From positions 2,539,604 to 2,603,603 of the forward strand of contig OY829953.1 in assembly GCA_963692525.1 (NCBI GenBank): a DNA stretch of 64,000 nucleotides, given 5' to 3'. Origin of the DNA: Opitutales bacterium. Lineage in GTDB: Bacteria > Verrucomicrobiota > Verrucomicrobiia > Opitutales > PNEW01. The notes beneath the pieces were generated by a model. The model saw only the letters and a list, made by a program, of their open reading frames with translations, had not been told where the DNA came from and ran no database searches. A program made the translations under genes and the position numbers. Shown here piece after piece: positions 20,577 to 31,419 of this stretch (the first letter of the stretch is position 1; the number at the start of each line of letters is the position of its first letter).

Positions 20577-20810
20577 GTGTTTAGCATCGATCTTGAAGTA
20601 TTTATTCTTATTTACGTGGTCGTTGGATTGGCATTTATTTTAGTCCTATGGCTTTATTATGATCGAAGAGATATTAATCTTTATGAAGCGAAGCGTACAA
20701 CGGTGGTATTCCACTGTGTCAAGTGTGGACAGCTTTACACCGCGTTAAAGGGAAATGAGGTAGCCGGATGCCCCGCTTGTGACTTCAAGAATTCACGATT
20801 GAAATTTTAA
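20577..20810 (+). CDS. Small membrane-anchored zinc-ribbon protein (function unknown)
   Basis: 77 aa, GTG start; one N-terminal hydrophobic helix (VFILIYVVVGLAFILVLWLYY), then CVKCG...19 aa...CPAC (CxxC-CxxC). Ends 4 nt before guaA. Confidence 0.5.
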   Translation: MFSIDLEVFILIYVVVGLAFILVLWLYYDRRDINLYEAKRTTVVFHCVKCGQLYTALKGNEVAGCPACDFKNSRLKF

Positions 20811-20814
20811 TTAG

Positions 20815-22353
20815 ATGACACAGGTAGTCGCAGTTCTCGACTTCGGATCACAATATACTCAAGTTATTGCACGGCGAATTCGAGAATGTCAGGTCTATTC
20901 ACGAATTTATCCACATGATACAACTGCTGCGCAGTTAAAAAAAGACGGTGTTCAGGGAATCATCCTGTCGGGCGGGCCGAGTAGTGTTTTTGCTAAGAAC
21001 GCACCCATCCCTGATAAAAGAATATTTAATATTGGCGTTCCTGTGCTGGGTATATGTTACGGTATCCAGCTGATGGGATTTCTGCTTGGCGGTAAAGTTG
21101 AAAAGAGTAAACAGCGGGAGTATGGTCATGGACTTCTGGATATTAATAAAAAGGGGAGACTATTACGGGGCCTGAAAAAACAGATCCGTGTCTGGAACTC
21201 GCATGGGGATAAACTTATGCGTCTACCAACAGGATTTAATTCGCTTGCTTCTACGGAAAATTCATCCTTTGCGATTATCGAGGATGCGAAGAGAAATTTT
21301 TACGGTCTTCAATTTCACCCTGAAGTATATCATACCGAACAGGGAATTAAGATTATTCAAAATTTCCTCTACCAGATCTGTCGCTGTAGTGGAGATTGGT
21401 CTATGGCGGATTACGTTATTAGATCGATCGCAGCAATACGAGAAACGGTCGGAGTTAAACGTGTCATTTTAGCGTTGAGTGGCGGGGTCGATTCCTCTGT
21501 TGCGGCGGTCCTTATTCACCGAGCTATTGGATCCCAGTTAACTTGCGTGTTCGTCGATAACGGTCTTCTGCGTCTGAATGAACGTGAGACCGTTGAACGC
21601 ATATTCAAAGAGAACTTTAATTTTGATCTTCGTGTTAAGCGATCTTCTAATCGTTTTTTGAAGCGTTTAAAGGGTATTGTTGATCCTGAGAGAAAACGTA
21701 AAATTATAGGAAAAGTATTTATCGAAGTATTTGAAGAAGCGGTGAAATCTATGGGAGATGTCATGTTTCTCGGGCAAGGAACACTTTATCCCGATGTTAT
21801 AGAAAGTATTCCGATTGATGGTAATCCTGCCGCTCTTATTAAGACACACCATAATGTCGGTGGACTGCCCAAACGAATGAAACTTAAACTCCTTGAGCCC
21901 TTACGAGAATTATTTAAAGACGAAGTGCGTAAACTGGGCGAAGAGCTGGGTCTACCCAGGGAAATGGTATGGCGTCAACCCTTTCCAGGTCCTGGATTAG
22001 GGGTGAGGGTTATGGGTGAGATTACTCGGGCACGTCTTGATGTTTTGCGCCAGGCCGATGCGATTCTTATCGAAGAGATGAAAAAAAGTGGATTTTATTA
22101 TAAGGTATGGCAATCTTTTGCTGTTTTTTTACCTGTTCGTACCGTGGGCGTTATGGGGGATGAGCGAACGTATGAGAATGTTATAGCTCTGCGTATTGTT
22201 AACAGCATCGATGCGATGACCGCAGATTGGGCGCGCCTGCCTTATCCAGTGATTCAGACTATTTCCACCCGTATCAGCAATGAAGTTAAAGGAGTTAACC
22301 GCGTAGTTCTTGATATTAGCTCTAAACCTCCAAGCACTATAGAATGGGAGTAA
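20815..22353 (+). CDS. guaA: GMP synthase (glutamine-hydrolysing)
   Basis: 512 aa; GATase [11 protein letters not shown]-loop SGGVDSSV, C-terminal PPSTIEWE. Confidence 0.96.
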   Translation: MTQVVAVLDFGSQYTQVIARRIRECQVYSRIYPHDTTAAQLKKDGVQGIILSGGPSSVFAKNAPIPDKRIFNIGVPVLGICYGIQLMGFLLGGKVEKSKQREYGHGLLDINKKGRLLRGLKKQIRVWNSHGDKLMRLPTGFNSLASTENSSFAIIEDAKRNFYGLQFHPEVYHTEQGIKIIQNFLYQICRCSGDWSMADYVIRSIAAIRETVGVKRVILALSGGVDSSVAAVLIHRAIGSQLTCVFVDNGLLRLNERETVERIFKENFNFDLRVKRSSNRFLKRLKGIVDPERKRKIIGKVFIEVFEEAVKSMGDVMFLGQGTLYPDVIESIPIDGNPAALIKTHHNVGGLPKRMKLKLLEPLRELFKDEVRKLGEELGLPREMVWRQPFPGPGLGVRVMGEITRARLDVLRQADAILIEEMKKSGFYYKVWQSFAVFLPVRTVGVMGDERTYENVIALRIVNSIDAMTADWARLPYPVIQTISTRISNEVKGVNRVVLDISSKPPSTIEWE

Positions 22354-22433
22354 TATTTCCATTCTTGCACTTGAGCAATGGATTATAATTTTATCAGAAC
22401 CAAATACCATCGCAAGGGTCTAATGGGTAATAC

Positions 22434-23192
22434 ATGATGCATGAATTTAATAAAATTATTATTGCAACGGTTCTCATTGTCGTTTTGAGCACGACCGGCT
22501 TCCCCTTGCGAGGTGAACTTACTACAGATCAAATAATAGCCAAGGCTAGAGATTATCTTGGAGGGGATACTCAGTTACGTGCCGTTGAGACAATTCAATT
22601 TCAGGGCACCTTTACGACTCATGAGGGTAATGGAAAAGGTGAAATTCTCATTTATTTAAAAAAGCCTTTCAAACAGCGATTGGATGTAATCCGTGCGCAC
22701 GATGGTATTGTCGAGACAACGGCAATAAATGATATTGATGGATGGGGTAGACGAGCCAATAAAAAGGATGCCGAAGACTGGACGATACGCATTCTCAGTA
22801 TGGGTGAACTTAAGCGTATGCGCGCAAATACCTTTGATAATTTAAATTTTTACAGTGGAATCGAACAACTGGGCGGGAGTATTATAAATAAAGGAATTGT
22901 AAATAAAGAGGGGAAAAAAGCCTACCTGCTCCACTTTAAGTACGATAAAACTATTCACTATAAACGTTATTTCGATGTTAACACGGGTAAGCTTCTTGGA
23001 ACGATCAATGACAAAGGTATCGAAATCAAAGATATAGATGAGTTTATTGTGGATGGAATCCGATTCCCTCGGGAGCAAATCCGAATTGAGGATGGTAAAA
23101 AGAAAGACACTTTAACTTTTACCAAGATTGTCATTAATGCCCCATTGGATGATAAAATCTTCGAATTACCGTCTTTAAGATACGGTAAATAA
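22434..23192 (+). CDS. Secreted protein, LolA-like / outer-membrane lipoprotein-sorting-like fold (tentative)
   Basis: 252 aa; N-terminal signal-like helix (IIIATVLIVVLSTTGF). Overall pattern resembles the LolA-like 'lipoprotein-sorting' family. No catalytic motifs. The family call is by recollection only. Confidence 0.35.
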   Translation: MMHEFNKIIIATVLIVVLSTTGFPLRGELTTDQIIAKARDYLGGDTQLRAVETIQFQGTFTTHEGNGKGEILIYLKKPFKQRLDVIRAHDGIVETTAINDIDGWGRRANKKDAEDWTIRILSMGELKRMRANTFDNLNFYSGIEQLGGSIINKGIVNKEGKKAYLLHFKYDKTIHYKRYFDVNTGKLLGTINDKGIEIKDIDEFIVDGIRFPREQIRIEDGKKKDTLTFTKIVINAPLDDKIFELPSLRYGK

Positions 23193-23300
23193 ATATACAC
23201 TCTCCTCCCTTGAATGGCGTAAGCCGCGATTAACTGACGACCATTCAAGTAAAAATAATGTTTGCCCGCGTAGAGGCCAAACGATTAAACATCAAGGCCA

Positions 23301-24596
23301 ATGCGGCAGTTAAATTATAGTGCACCGGGCTTTTATCTTAAACTAGCCCGATTCTGTGAAAGGGTAAATGCGGTTCCCGATGTGAAAGGGGCAGTCGCAA
23401 AAATTCTTAGAGCGGTAAATGAACAAGGTGATAAAGCGATTATTGACTATACCGCTAAGTTTGATCGTGCGAAATTAAAAAAGACCGACCTTAGAGTCAC
23501 GAGAGACGAACTGAATTCAGCTGCCAAGACACTTAATATGGATCAGCGTAAGGCAATTAAAAATGCGGTCCATTGCGTTAAGGAATTTCACGAGAAAAGT
23601 CTTCCCCAAAACTGGAAGGGAAAAAATCCTCATGGAGGCATTGTTGGCGAAACTTACTACCCGATTAATCGTGTGGGTATATATATTCCAGGGGGCATCG
23701 TACCTCTCGTATCGACGGTTATCATGACCACGACGCTTGCGCGCCTTGCCCGGGTCCCAGAAATAGCAGTTTTTACGCCGCCGCAAGCGGACGGTAGTGT
23801 TAATAGTGGAGTCCTTGCAGCATTGGCGATCAATGGAATCGAGGAGGTCTATCGTATAGGTGGGGTAATGGCCGTCGGTGCGATGGCTTATGGCACATTG
23901 AGCATTCCAGCAGTGGATAAAATATTCGGGCCCGGTAATGCCTATGTCTTTGAAGCGAAAAAACAGGTATATGGAATCGTAGGCTTGGATTTATTACCTG
24001 GTCCCAGTGAGCTTATGATTATTGCCGATAGTACTGCACGCGCTGATTACATCGCTTCAGATCTGCTCGCACAAGCGGAACACGGTACCGGAATGGAAAA
24101 TATATGTTTAATCACAAACAGGAAAAAATTAATTGATGAAGTGCGGGCAGAAATTAAAATCCAGTTACGTGAGCTAAATCATAAGGAGTGTATTAAGACA
24201 GTTTTAAGAGATGGAACACTATTAATTTTGGTTAACAATCTTGAACAGGCAGTAGAAATTGCTAATTACGTCGCACCGGAACACCTTGAGCTCCATGTCA
24301 GCAACCGGTATTTTAATTCATTAACAAAGAAAATTAATAATGCTGGAGCGATATTTATGGGTGACTACACACCGACGGTTCTGGGCGATTTTGCAGCAGG
24401 TCCGAGCCACGTATTACCCACCGGGCGCACAGCGCGGTTTATGAGTGGTCTCAGAGTAACTGATTTTTACCGGCGCAGTAGTATCACCCAATATTCACCA
24501 AAGAGTTTAGTAGATGCCCTTCCGGTTGTAGAAGCATTCAGTAAACTTGAGCACCTTGACGCGCATGGGCGATCTATGCAAATTCGTTTTAAGTAA
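23301..24596 (+). CDS. hisD: Histidinol dehydrogenase
   Basis: 431 aa; typical HisD pattern including LLAQAEHG, GPGNAYV and GDFAAGPSHVLPT. Confidence 0.95.
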   Translation: MRQLNYSAPGFYLKLARFCERVNAVPDVKGAVAKILRAVNEQGDKAIIDYTAKFDRAKLKKTDLRVTRDELNSAAKTLNMDQRKAIKNAVHCVKEFHEKSLPQNWKGKNPHGGIVGETYYPINRVGIYIPGGIVPLVSTVIMTTTLARLARVPEIAVFTPPQADGSVNSGVLAALAINGIEEVYRIGGVMAVGAMAYGTLSIPAVDKIFGPGNAYVFEAKKQVYGIVGLDLLPGPSELMIIADSTARADYIASDLLAQAEHGTGMENICLITNRKKLIDEVRAEIKIQLRELNHKECIKTVLRDGTLLILVNNLEQAVEIANYVAPEHLELHVSNRYFNSLTKKINNAGAIFMGDYTPTVLGDFAAGPSHVLPTGRTARFMSGLRVTDFYRRSSITQYSPKSLVDALPVVEAFSKLEHLDAHGRSMQIRFK

Positions 24597-24681
24597 ATTG
24601 AATGCATAGTGTTCCTATTAGATCCTTCCTTTAGGATGCTTGTTAGATTGCAGCGAAAATTTTTTCTAGGAATTACCTTTT

Positions 24682-25776
24682 ATGACTCAGTGTTCTAAAG
24701 CTTACGATTTAGCATTGGCTCACATCCGTGATATAGAAGGTTATGTACCGGGTGATCAGCCACAGGACAGTGGATGGGTAAAACTCAATACTAATGAGAA
24801 CCCCTATCCACCGAGCCCAATGGTGGCAAAGGCAATTAGTGCTGAGCTAAATAATTTATCACTCTATCCAAATCCAGAGAGCATGCCTTTGAGAAAAACA
24901 ATAGCTGAGCGGTATGATTTGAATGTGGATCAGATAATTGCTGGAAATGGTTCTGATGATATACTTAATCTGCTCGTGCGCACATTTTGTGGTAAAAATG
25001 AGGTGGCGGGCACAATAATACCGAATTATACACTCTATCCAGTATTAGCGGGAATTCAGGGCGGTAGTTTTTTCACCATACCCTACAATCGTGAATTTAA
25101 TCTTCCGATTGAGATTATTGCTGAGTCCGCTGCCAATATATTTTTTCTCTCATCACCGAATACTCCAACCGGGGTCGCACATTCGAGTGAAGATATAGCT
25201 GATCTCCTGGAACGTTTTTCTGGCATCTTGGTCGTCGACGAGGCATACGCTGACTTTGCGGAAGAAACGATGGTAGCTCTCGTGAAGCAATATCGAAATC
25301 TTGTCATTACCCGCTCTTTATCCAAATCTTTTTCACTGGCAGGTTTGCGTGTCGGCTTCGCTTTTGCGGCTCCAGAGATTATCAATCTTTTGGATCGTGT
25401 CCGCGATAGTTATAATGTTAATCGTTTAAGCCAGGCTGGGGCGATCGCTGCACTCAAAGATGAAGCTTATTATAAAGAGACGATCGCCAACGTAATTAAA
25501 ACACGCGAATTTTGCGCTCAGGAATTAAAAAATCGCGCCTGGTTCTTTTTCCCCTCTCAGGCAAATTTTATATTTACTGAACCTGTCAATGGTGAAAAGA
25601 AAACTGGTCCAGAAGTGGCGCAATCTTTATATGAATTCCTGTACGCGCGAAAAATCCTCGTTCGTCTATTAAGGTCTAGTCCATTGACAGCCGGATTTAT
25701 ACGCATAAGTATTGGCGACGAAAAACAGATGGAAATTCTTTTCGAAACAATCGATTCATGGCAGAAAAGCGCATAG
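24682..25776 (+). CDS. hisC: Histidinol-phosphate aminotransferase
   Basis: 364 aa; class-II aminotransferase with PLP-lysine motif [14 protein letters not shown]; [10 protein letters not shown]-terminal motif. Confidence 0.93.
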   Translation: MTQCSKAYDLALAHIRDIEGYVPGDQPQDSGWVKLNTNENPYPPSPMVAKAISAELNNLSLYPNPESMPLRKTIAERYDLNVDQIIAGNGSDDILNLLVRTFCGKNEVAGTIIPNYTLYPVLAGIQGGSFFTIPYNREFNLPIEIIAESAANIFFLSSPNTPTGVAHSSEDIADLLERFSGILVVDEAYADFAEETMVALVKQYRNLVITRSLSKSFSLAGLRVGFAFAAPEIINLLDRVRDSYNVNRLSQAGAIAALKDEAYYKETIANVIKTREFCAQELKNRAWFFFPSQANFIFTEPVNGEKKTGPEVAQSLYEFLYARKILVRLLRSSPLTAGFIRISIGDEKQMEILFETIDSWQKSA

Positions 25777-26357
25777 CTGAAATTCAGCGTGAGACAAAAG
25801 AGACACAGATCTCACTGAAATTAAACCTCGACGGTGAGGGAATTTCGACGATTGAGACAGGAGTCCCTTTCTTAAATCATATGTTGGAATTATTCACCCG
25901 GCATGGGTTATTTGATCTGGATATAAAAGCGCAAGGTGATCTTGATGTTGATTATCATCACGTCGTTGAAGATATTGGAATCGTTCTCGGGCAAGCAGTT
26001 AAAGAAGCAGTGGGGGAAAAACTGGGAATAAACCGCTATGGGTTTTTCTTGTTACCAATGGATGAAACCTTAGCTTCCGTTATTCTTGACCTTGGTGGTC
26101 GGTCGGTTCTTGTCTATCGTGCAGAAACCCAGGAACGCTTTGTTCGCGATTTCAATATAGGGCTCATTAAAGAGTTCTTCCAGGCTTTTGCCAATAACGC
26201 AGGGGCTAACTTACATGTAAATCTAGAATATGGCCAGGAGCCCCATCATATCGCAGAAGCGATCTTTAAAGGGTTCGGCCGAGCGCTGGATATTGCTACT
26301 CGAATCGATTCGCGACAAGCAGACAAATTACCCTCGACCAAGGGGAGACTGGATTGA
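25758..26357 (+). CDS. hisB: Imidazoleglycerol-phosphate dehydratase (monofunctional, no phosphatase domain)
   Basis: 199 aa; [43 protein letters not shown] motifs. Overlaps hisC by 19 nt. Confidence 0.95.
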   Translation: MAEKRIAEIQRETKETQISLKLNLDGEGISTIETGVPFLNHMLELFTRHGLFDLDIKAQGDLDVDYHHVVEDIGIVLGQAVKEAVGEKLGINRYGFFLLPMDETLASVILDLGGRSVLVYRAETQERFVRDFNIGLIKEFFQAFANNAGANLHVNLEYGQEPHHIAEAIFKGFGRALDIATRIDSRQADKLPSTKGRLD

Positions 26358-26405
26358 AAAAGATTTATGAATTAGGAATTATGAATGTAGATTAATAGAA
26401 AAATG

Positions 26406-26443
26406 AAAAGGTAGGAGAGATCGTTATACCTTTTAGCATTTTT
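26406..26443 (+). terminator. Terminator-like hairpin inside the hisB-hisH spacer
   Basis: AAAAGGTA (26406-26413), 13-nt loop, TACCTTTT (26427-26434), then AGCATTTTT. AT-rich 8-bp stem, weak. Confidence 0.3.
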
Positions 26444-26474
26444 ACATTCTTGATTTAAATTCTTTGTTTACATT

Positions 26475-27113
26475 ATGAGTGGAGTGAAACCAGTTTTGGT
26501 CGTCATTGACTATGGGATGGGCAATTTACGGAGCGTTGTTAAAGCTTGGGAGTATGTAGGTGCTGACGTACGATTGGTCAATAGACCTGAAGATATCGGC
26601 GACGCGCGGGGTTTGATCTTTCCCGGTCAAGGTTGTATTGTCGATTGCATGAGCATGCTTCGCCAATCGGGTTTTGATGAGATAATTACCGATTGGGTAA
26701 CTGCAGATAAGCCTTTCTTCGGTATCTGTCTCGGGCTGCAAGCCCTTTTTGAATATTCGGAAGAAGGAGAGACAAAGGGGCTGGGATTGTTACCCGGAAA
26801 AGTGCTCCGTTTTCGTCTGGATCCTGAATATAAGGTCCCGCACATGGGTTGGAATGAGGTTAAATTTGTTCGCGATCTTTCGCCAAATAGCGGTCTGCAG
26901 CTGGACGGTGATCAATTTTATTTCGTCCATAGCTACCATGTTGTCCCTAGTGATTCTGCTCTAATTTGGTGTGAAACTAACTATGGGGGCCCATTTGTGA
27001 GTGGTATAGCGCGGGGGAACTGTTTTGCTACCCAGTTCCATCCTGAGAAAAGCCAGGCTAAAGGATTGCAGATTTATCGTAATTTTGTCGACTGGATCAA
27101 AATTAATCACTGA
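26475..27113 (+). CDS. hisH: Imidazole glycerol phosphate synthase, glutamine amidotransferase subunit
   Basis: 212 aa; [18 protein letters not shown] (catalytic Cys), QFHPEKS. Confidence 0.94.
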   Translation: MSGVKPVLVVIDYGMGNLRSVVKAWEYVGADVRLVNRPEDIGDARGLIFPGQGCIVDCMSMLRQSGFDEIITDWVTADKPFFGICLGLQALFEYSEEGETKGLGLLPGKVLRFRLDPEYKVPHMGWNEVKFVRDLSPNSGLQLDGDQFYFVHSYHVVPSDSALIWCETNYGGPFVSGIARGNCFATQFHPEKSQAKGLQIYRNFVDWIKINH

Positions 27114-27163
27114 AATAGCTATTAATAAAAGCTATTAACTAATTTTAATTTATATCATTAAAA

Positions 27164-28459
27164 ATGCAAAAGGAAGAAACTGCCTTATTCAGGCTAAATG
27201 AACAAAACTTCAATTTCCCTTTAATGGAAGGGACGGAGGGAGAAAAAGCTGTAGATATACGATCCTTACGTGGACAAAGCGGGTATATCGCTTATGATGA
27301 CGGCTACCGCAATACCGGATCCTGTAGCGGAAAAATTACATTTATCGATGGGGAAAAAGGTATCTTGCGTTACCGGGGATACCCGATTGAGCAACTGGCG
27401 ATAAATTCAAGTTTTCTAGAGACAGCCTATCTCATTATCTACGGTGAATTACCAAATGCGGAGCAAATACAATCCTTTCGAAATATCATCAGTGAAAATG
27501 CTAGTGTGCATGAGGGAATGCATCGATTTATCGAAGGCTTCCCGGTCGAATCACATCCGATGGCCATGCTTTCAGCGATGGTTAATTCGTTGAGCTGTTA
27601 TTACCCTGAAATGGCAAGTAATAACCGGCAGCAGGATTTAGAATATTTTGACGTGGCAGCCGCACATGTAATTTCAAAAGCACGTACACTTGCTGCGATG
27701 TCGTATCGCAGGAAAATTGGGCGCCCATTTATTCATCCCAATACGGATCTATCTTATACTGGGAATTTTCTCCATTTGATGTTCTCCGAACCGAATAAGG
27801 AATATCTTGTCAGTGATGAAGTCGTGAGCGCGCTAAACTTAATTTTTCTCCTTCATGCGGATCATGAGCAAAATTGTAGTACCTCTACCGTACGTATGGT
27901 CGGCTCGGGCGGAGCGAATCTTTTTGCGTCAATTTCAGCGGGCATAAATGCGTTGTGGGGACCTTTACACGGGGGTGCGAATATGGCCGTCATTAAAATG
28001 CTGGAGCAAATTCACAATGATGGAGATGATGGATCGCGTTTTGTTGAAGAAGCCAAAGCAGGTAAGAAAATTGCGGGATTTGGCCATGCAGTCTATAAAA
28101 ACTATGACCCGAGGGCGAAGATACTCGGTGATGCGGCTGAGGGAGTAATGAAGAGTTTGGGTATCCAGGATCCTCTTCTTGATATCGCTCGCCACCTTGA
28201 AAAAGCGGCGCTAAGTGATGATTATTTTATTAAGCGAAAGCTATATCCCAATGTTGATTTTTATAGCGGTTTTATTCTTAGCGCGATTGGGATCCCTCTA
28301 GATTTCTTTACCGTGATTTTTGCCATTGGTAGAATGCCTGGGTGGATCGCTAATTGGAAAGAAATGGCTGAGGAACCTAAAGCGAGTATTTACCGCCCTC
28401 GACAGATTTATGTCGGCCCCACAGAACGTGATTACGTTCCGATTGAAGAAAGAGCTTAG
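27164..28459 (+). CDS. gltA: Citrate synthase
   Basis: 431 aa; [36 protein letters not shown] motifs. Confidence 0.95.
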   Translation: MQKEETALFRLNEQNFNFPLMEGTEGEKAVDIRSLRGQSGYIAYDDGYRNTGSCSGKITFIDGEKGILRYRGYPIEQLAINSSFLETAYLIIYGELPNAEQIQSFRNIISENASVHEGMHRFIEGFPVESHPMAMLSAMVNSLSCYYPEMASNNRQQDLEYFDVAAAHVISKARTLAAMSYRRKIGRPFIHPNTDLSYTGNFLHLMFSEPNKEYLVSDEVVSALNLIFLLHADHEQNCSTSTVRMVGSGGANLFASISAGINALWGPLHGGANMAVIKMLEQIHNDGDDGSRFVEEAKAGKKIAGFGHAVYKNYDPRAKILGDAAEGVMKSLGIQDPLLDIARHLEKAALSDDYFIKRKLYPNVDFYSGFILSAIGIPLDFFTVIFAIGRMPGWIANWKEMAEEPKASIYRPRQIYVGPTERDYVPIEERA

Positions 28460-28610
28460 AGGCGGATAGGCTGTAAGGATAAATACCCTCTAAAATTAAT
28501 TGATAATTAAATTAGTTATAAACGATTTGTAATAGAAGTTTTTGTTTATCGCGCAGACAGTTGAGTTCCGAAGCTTGACTCACGCGCCTCATCCGCTTGT
28601 CCGTGTATTC

Positions 28611-29399
28611 TTATTTCTCCTCTGGTAAGATTTTTATAATCTCTTCCAGATTTAATCCGGACAATTTCTTTAAACCGCTCAGAAGTTTCCAAAACGCAAT
28701 AAAAGAAATAACCATACAGGGGACGACGATAATCGGGTAGCTTAAAAGGGTCATCCGACCTATTTCTTCATTAAAGGCTTCGGTCCCTGATTCACTGTTG
28801 ATGAGTTTCTTGGCGAGAGCAAAATTGAGTATCGCACTTAATAGAAATGAAAAAGCGAGAAGAACGGTGATGTTGTAGAGAAGTCGGGTGAAAGATTGTA
28901 AATTGTTTCGAACTTTTATTTCCCATTCAACGGTCGCAATATTTATAATATTTTCATTATAGATTAATGTTCGTACTAGTGGATAGGGGGTTTTTAGCGA
29001 AATCAGTATGGCAAGTCCAATGATTGACGGTACCGCAGCTTCTTTTATCGCGATCCAATCTTTATCTAATTTCAATAAACCGATACCCCCGGTAAGGAGA
29101 ATACTGATAAATCCCAGAATTGATAATAAATTACATTTATGACGAAAAATGAAATCACTGAGACCATAACTTAGAGGAAAGAATAAAGCTATGATTAAGG
29201 CAATCGATGGTTGAAGATTAAACCATTGCCCCCCTTTCATTAGAATTAAAGCAGGAATAATGAAATTCAGCCCAAGATTGAGCCAAAAATTTTCACGTCG
29301 AGATTGCTTTTGGATTGGATTAGGAGATGGTCGTGCGTTATCTTCGGGATCTCTGTTTTTAATGTTTTCAATATCCATGGTGATAAAAGATTTCTGCAT
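28611..29399 (-). CDS. Multi-pass inner-membrane protein, distantly YciB/septation-protein-A-like (tentative)
   Basis: 262 aa; about 6 hydrophobic helices. The segment [39 protein letters not shown] resembles the YciB central region. The true start could be the internal Met at 29378. Confidence 0.35.
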   Translation of the reverse strand: MQKSFITMDIENIKNRDPEDNARPSPNPIQKQSRRENFWLNLGLNFIIPALILMKGGQWFNLQPSIALIIALFFPLSYGLSDFIFRHKCNLLSILGFISILLTGGIGLLKLDKDWIAIKEAAVPSIIGLAILISLKTPYPLVRTLIYNENIINIATVEWEIKVRNNLQSFTRLLYNITVLLAFSFLLSAILNFALAKKLINSESGTEAFNEEIGRMTLLSYPIIVVPCMVISFIAFWKLLSGLKKLSGLNLEEIIKILPEEK

Positions 29400-29404
29400 T
29401 TAAT

Positions 29405-30055
29405 ATGAAAGCAAGCAATATAAGTTGCCTGATATCTGCTGGGCCCACGCGTGAATATTTCGATCCTGTACGATTTTTAAGCAATCCTTCGAGTGGAAAA
29501 ATGGGGTATGCGATGGCTGAAGCAGCTATAAATCGTGGTTGGCAGGTGGATCTCGTCAGCGGTCCGGTATGTCTTACCTCGCCCGAAGGTGCTGTCGTAC
29601 ATCCTGTAATTACTGGAGATGAAATGCTTAGAGAAATTGATTCCCTCTTTGACCAATGCCATATTCTGATCATGGCGGCCGCAGTAATGGATTATCGTCC
29701 ACGAAGTTTTTCTCAACAGAAACTGAAGAAGTCCGGTGATTCTAGCAGCGTAGAACTCGACCCGGTTGTCGATATCCTGAAAACTGTTGCCTCGCGAAAG
29801 AGTAATCAAATTGTCGTGGCCTTTGCAGCAGAAACAGAAAATCTGGAAGCAAACGCCAAAAAAAAGCTAAGAGAGAAGAACGCAGATTTCATCATTGCTA
29901 ATCATGTCGGTCAGGCGGGTACCGGTTTTGAGTCGGACACTACTGAAGTGACTCTTCTTTCTGCGCATGGCGAAATAAATCATTTTGGTCCTGATAGTAA
30001 AAAGGTGATTTCAGAAATTCTCATTGAACGCTTGGCGCAGGAATTTATTACATAG
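29405..30055 (+). CDS. coaB: Phosphopantothenate-cysteine ligase (stand-alone CoaB domain)
   Basis: 216 aa; [32 protein letters not shown] and [10 protein letters not shown] match the CoaB half of bifunctional Dfp/CoaBC. No flavoprotein CoaC half is present. Confidence 0.85.
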   Translation: MKASNISCLISAGPTREYFDPVRFLSNPSSGKMGYAMAEAAINRGWQVDLVSGPVCLTSPEGAVVHPVITGDEMLREIDSLFDQCHILIMAAAVMDYRPRSFSQQKLKKSGDSSSVELDPVVDILKTVASRKSNQIVVAFAAETENLEANAKKKLREKNADFIIANHVGQAGTGFESDTTEVTLLSAHGEINHFGPDSKKVISEILIERLAQEFIT

Positions 30056-30112
30056 GAAGACATAAATACTTAAACAGCGGAGAGAGTCATCAATACATAC
30101 AAATCATAGCTC

Positions 30113-31297
30113 ATGTCACCAACGACTAAACTTAGCGCATTGGAGAAAGTATTGGGCCGTCTAGACGACCTCGATTCGATTGACCTATCTAATTTAGTTC
30201 AACGATTAGCGCGTGAACGAAACCTCCTGGAGACTGTCTTTAATACAATTCGTGAAGGTATTCTCGTTATCGATCAAAATGGCATTATTGAATATGCCAA
30301 TGCCGCGGGTGGTAAACTCATCGGCTTATCCCTGAAAGACCAGGGCCAGGCTGTCCTCTGGAAGCTTGTACCGGAACTAATTCGTACGCTTGATATTTCA
30401 AGCGATGGTGAATATCGAGCAGAATCTGTGGTAACTCGTGACCTGGAACTTAACTATCCGGAGACACGTTTTGTTCGTCTCTATATAATGCCTATTAAAA
30501 GTGTAAATGATGACGATTTAGTAAGTAAAAACTACGCTGTGATTATCTCAGACGTCACTGAATTACAGCTCTCAACTCGGGAGCAGATTGAGAATGAAAA
30601 AATTTCGTCCGTAATCATGTTGGCTGCTGGTGTCGCTCATGAGTTAGGAAATCCGCTGAATTCACTTACCATCCACTTACAATTGATCAACAGGCAATTG
30701 GAGAAACTGAATAATTCAAATGAGAAAGAAAAAATCAAGAACCAGCTTGATGTATGTACAGGTGAATTAGAGCGTCTAGATGGAATCATTACACACTTTT
30801 TGGAAGCGATTAGACCGTCCCCTCCAGACTTTCAGGATCTTGATCTTTTAAAAGCACTTGAGGAGGCCTTTGATTACCTCGGAGAGGAACTGAATGATGC
30901 GGGTATCAATGTGGATATTGAAGTATCTGATGATTTACCGGTCGTCATGGCAGACGGGAATCAGATTAAACAGGTTTTTTTCAATCTCATTACGAATGCG
31001 CGTGAATCAATGACGAGTGGTGGTACGATCAAAGTCCGAACACGTAGCGATGATGAATATGTATATATCCTTATTGGTGATTCAGGGGTCGGGATAAAAG
31101 AGGAGAACTTGAGCAAAATATTCCAACCTTATTTCACGACGAAGAAGAGTGGTCATGGGTTAGGGATGATGATCGTACAACGAATAATGCGTGATCATGG
31201 CGGACAAATTGGTATCGATAGCCAGACAGAGGTTGGATCTGTGTTCACCCTGCAATTTCCTCAGAAGCATCGGCGCATTCGTCTACTCGAGAGTTGA
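30113..31297 (+). CDS. Soluble PAS-domain sensor histidine kinase (NtrB/AtoS-like)
   Basis: 394 aa, no TM helices. H-box AAGVAHELGNPLNSL, N-box QVFFNLITNARES, G1 DSGVGI, G2 GHGLGM; PAS-like region at residues ~35-150. Confidence 0.88.
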   Translation: MSPTTKLSALEKVLGRLDDLDSIDLSNLVQRLARERNLLETVFNTIREGILVIDQNGIIEYANAAGGKLIGLSLKDQGQAVLWKLVPELIRTLDISSDGEYRAESVVTRDLELNYPETRFVRLYIMPIKSVNDDDLVSKNYAVIISDVTELQLSTREQIENEKISSVIMLAAGVAHELGNPLNSLTIHLQLINRQLEKLNNSNEKEKIKNQLDVCTGELERLDGIITHFLEAIRPSPPDFQDLDLLKALEEAFDYLGEELNDAGINVDIEVSDDLPVVMADGNQIKQVFFNLITNARESMTSGGTIKVRTRSDDEYVYILIGDSGVGIKEENLSKIFQPYFTTKKSGHGLGMMIVQRIMRDHGGQIGIDSQTEVGSVFTLQFPQKHRRIRLLES

Positions 31298-31419
31298 TCC
31301 GACTTTAGCCATAAACATGGCTATTAATCACTTGCGAAGTGGGACAAAATTTCCCAATCTTTAATACTTATTTCACATACTGTCTGTTAAGGTGTGAATT
31401 TCAACCTGATTGATTAAAA

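Noticed and set aside
20907-20915. A perfect DnaA box TTATCCACA
   Set aside because: It lies inside the guaA coding sequence and is isolated. A perfect 9-mer is expected about 0.5 times by chance in 64 kb on two strands.
23209-23249. 9-bp inverted repeat CTTGAATGG...CCATTCAAG after the LolA-like gene as a terminator or his-operon attenuator
   Set aside because: It has a 23-nt loop and no U-tract on either strand. I see no leader peptide with His codons, so no attenuation model is supported, and it may be only a weak stem-loop.
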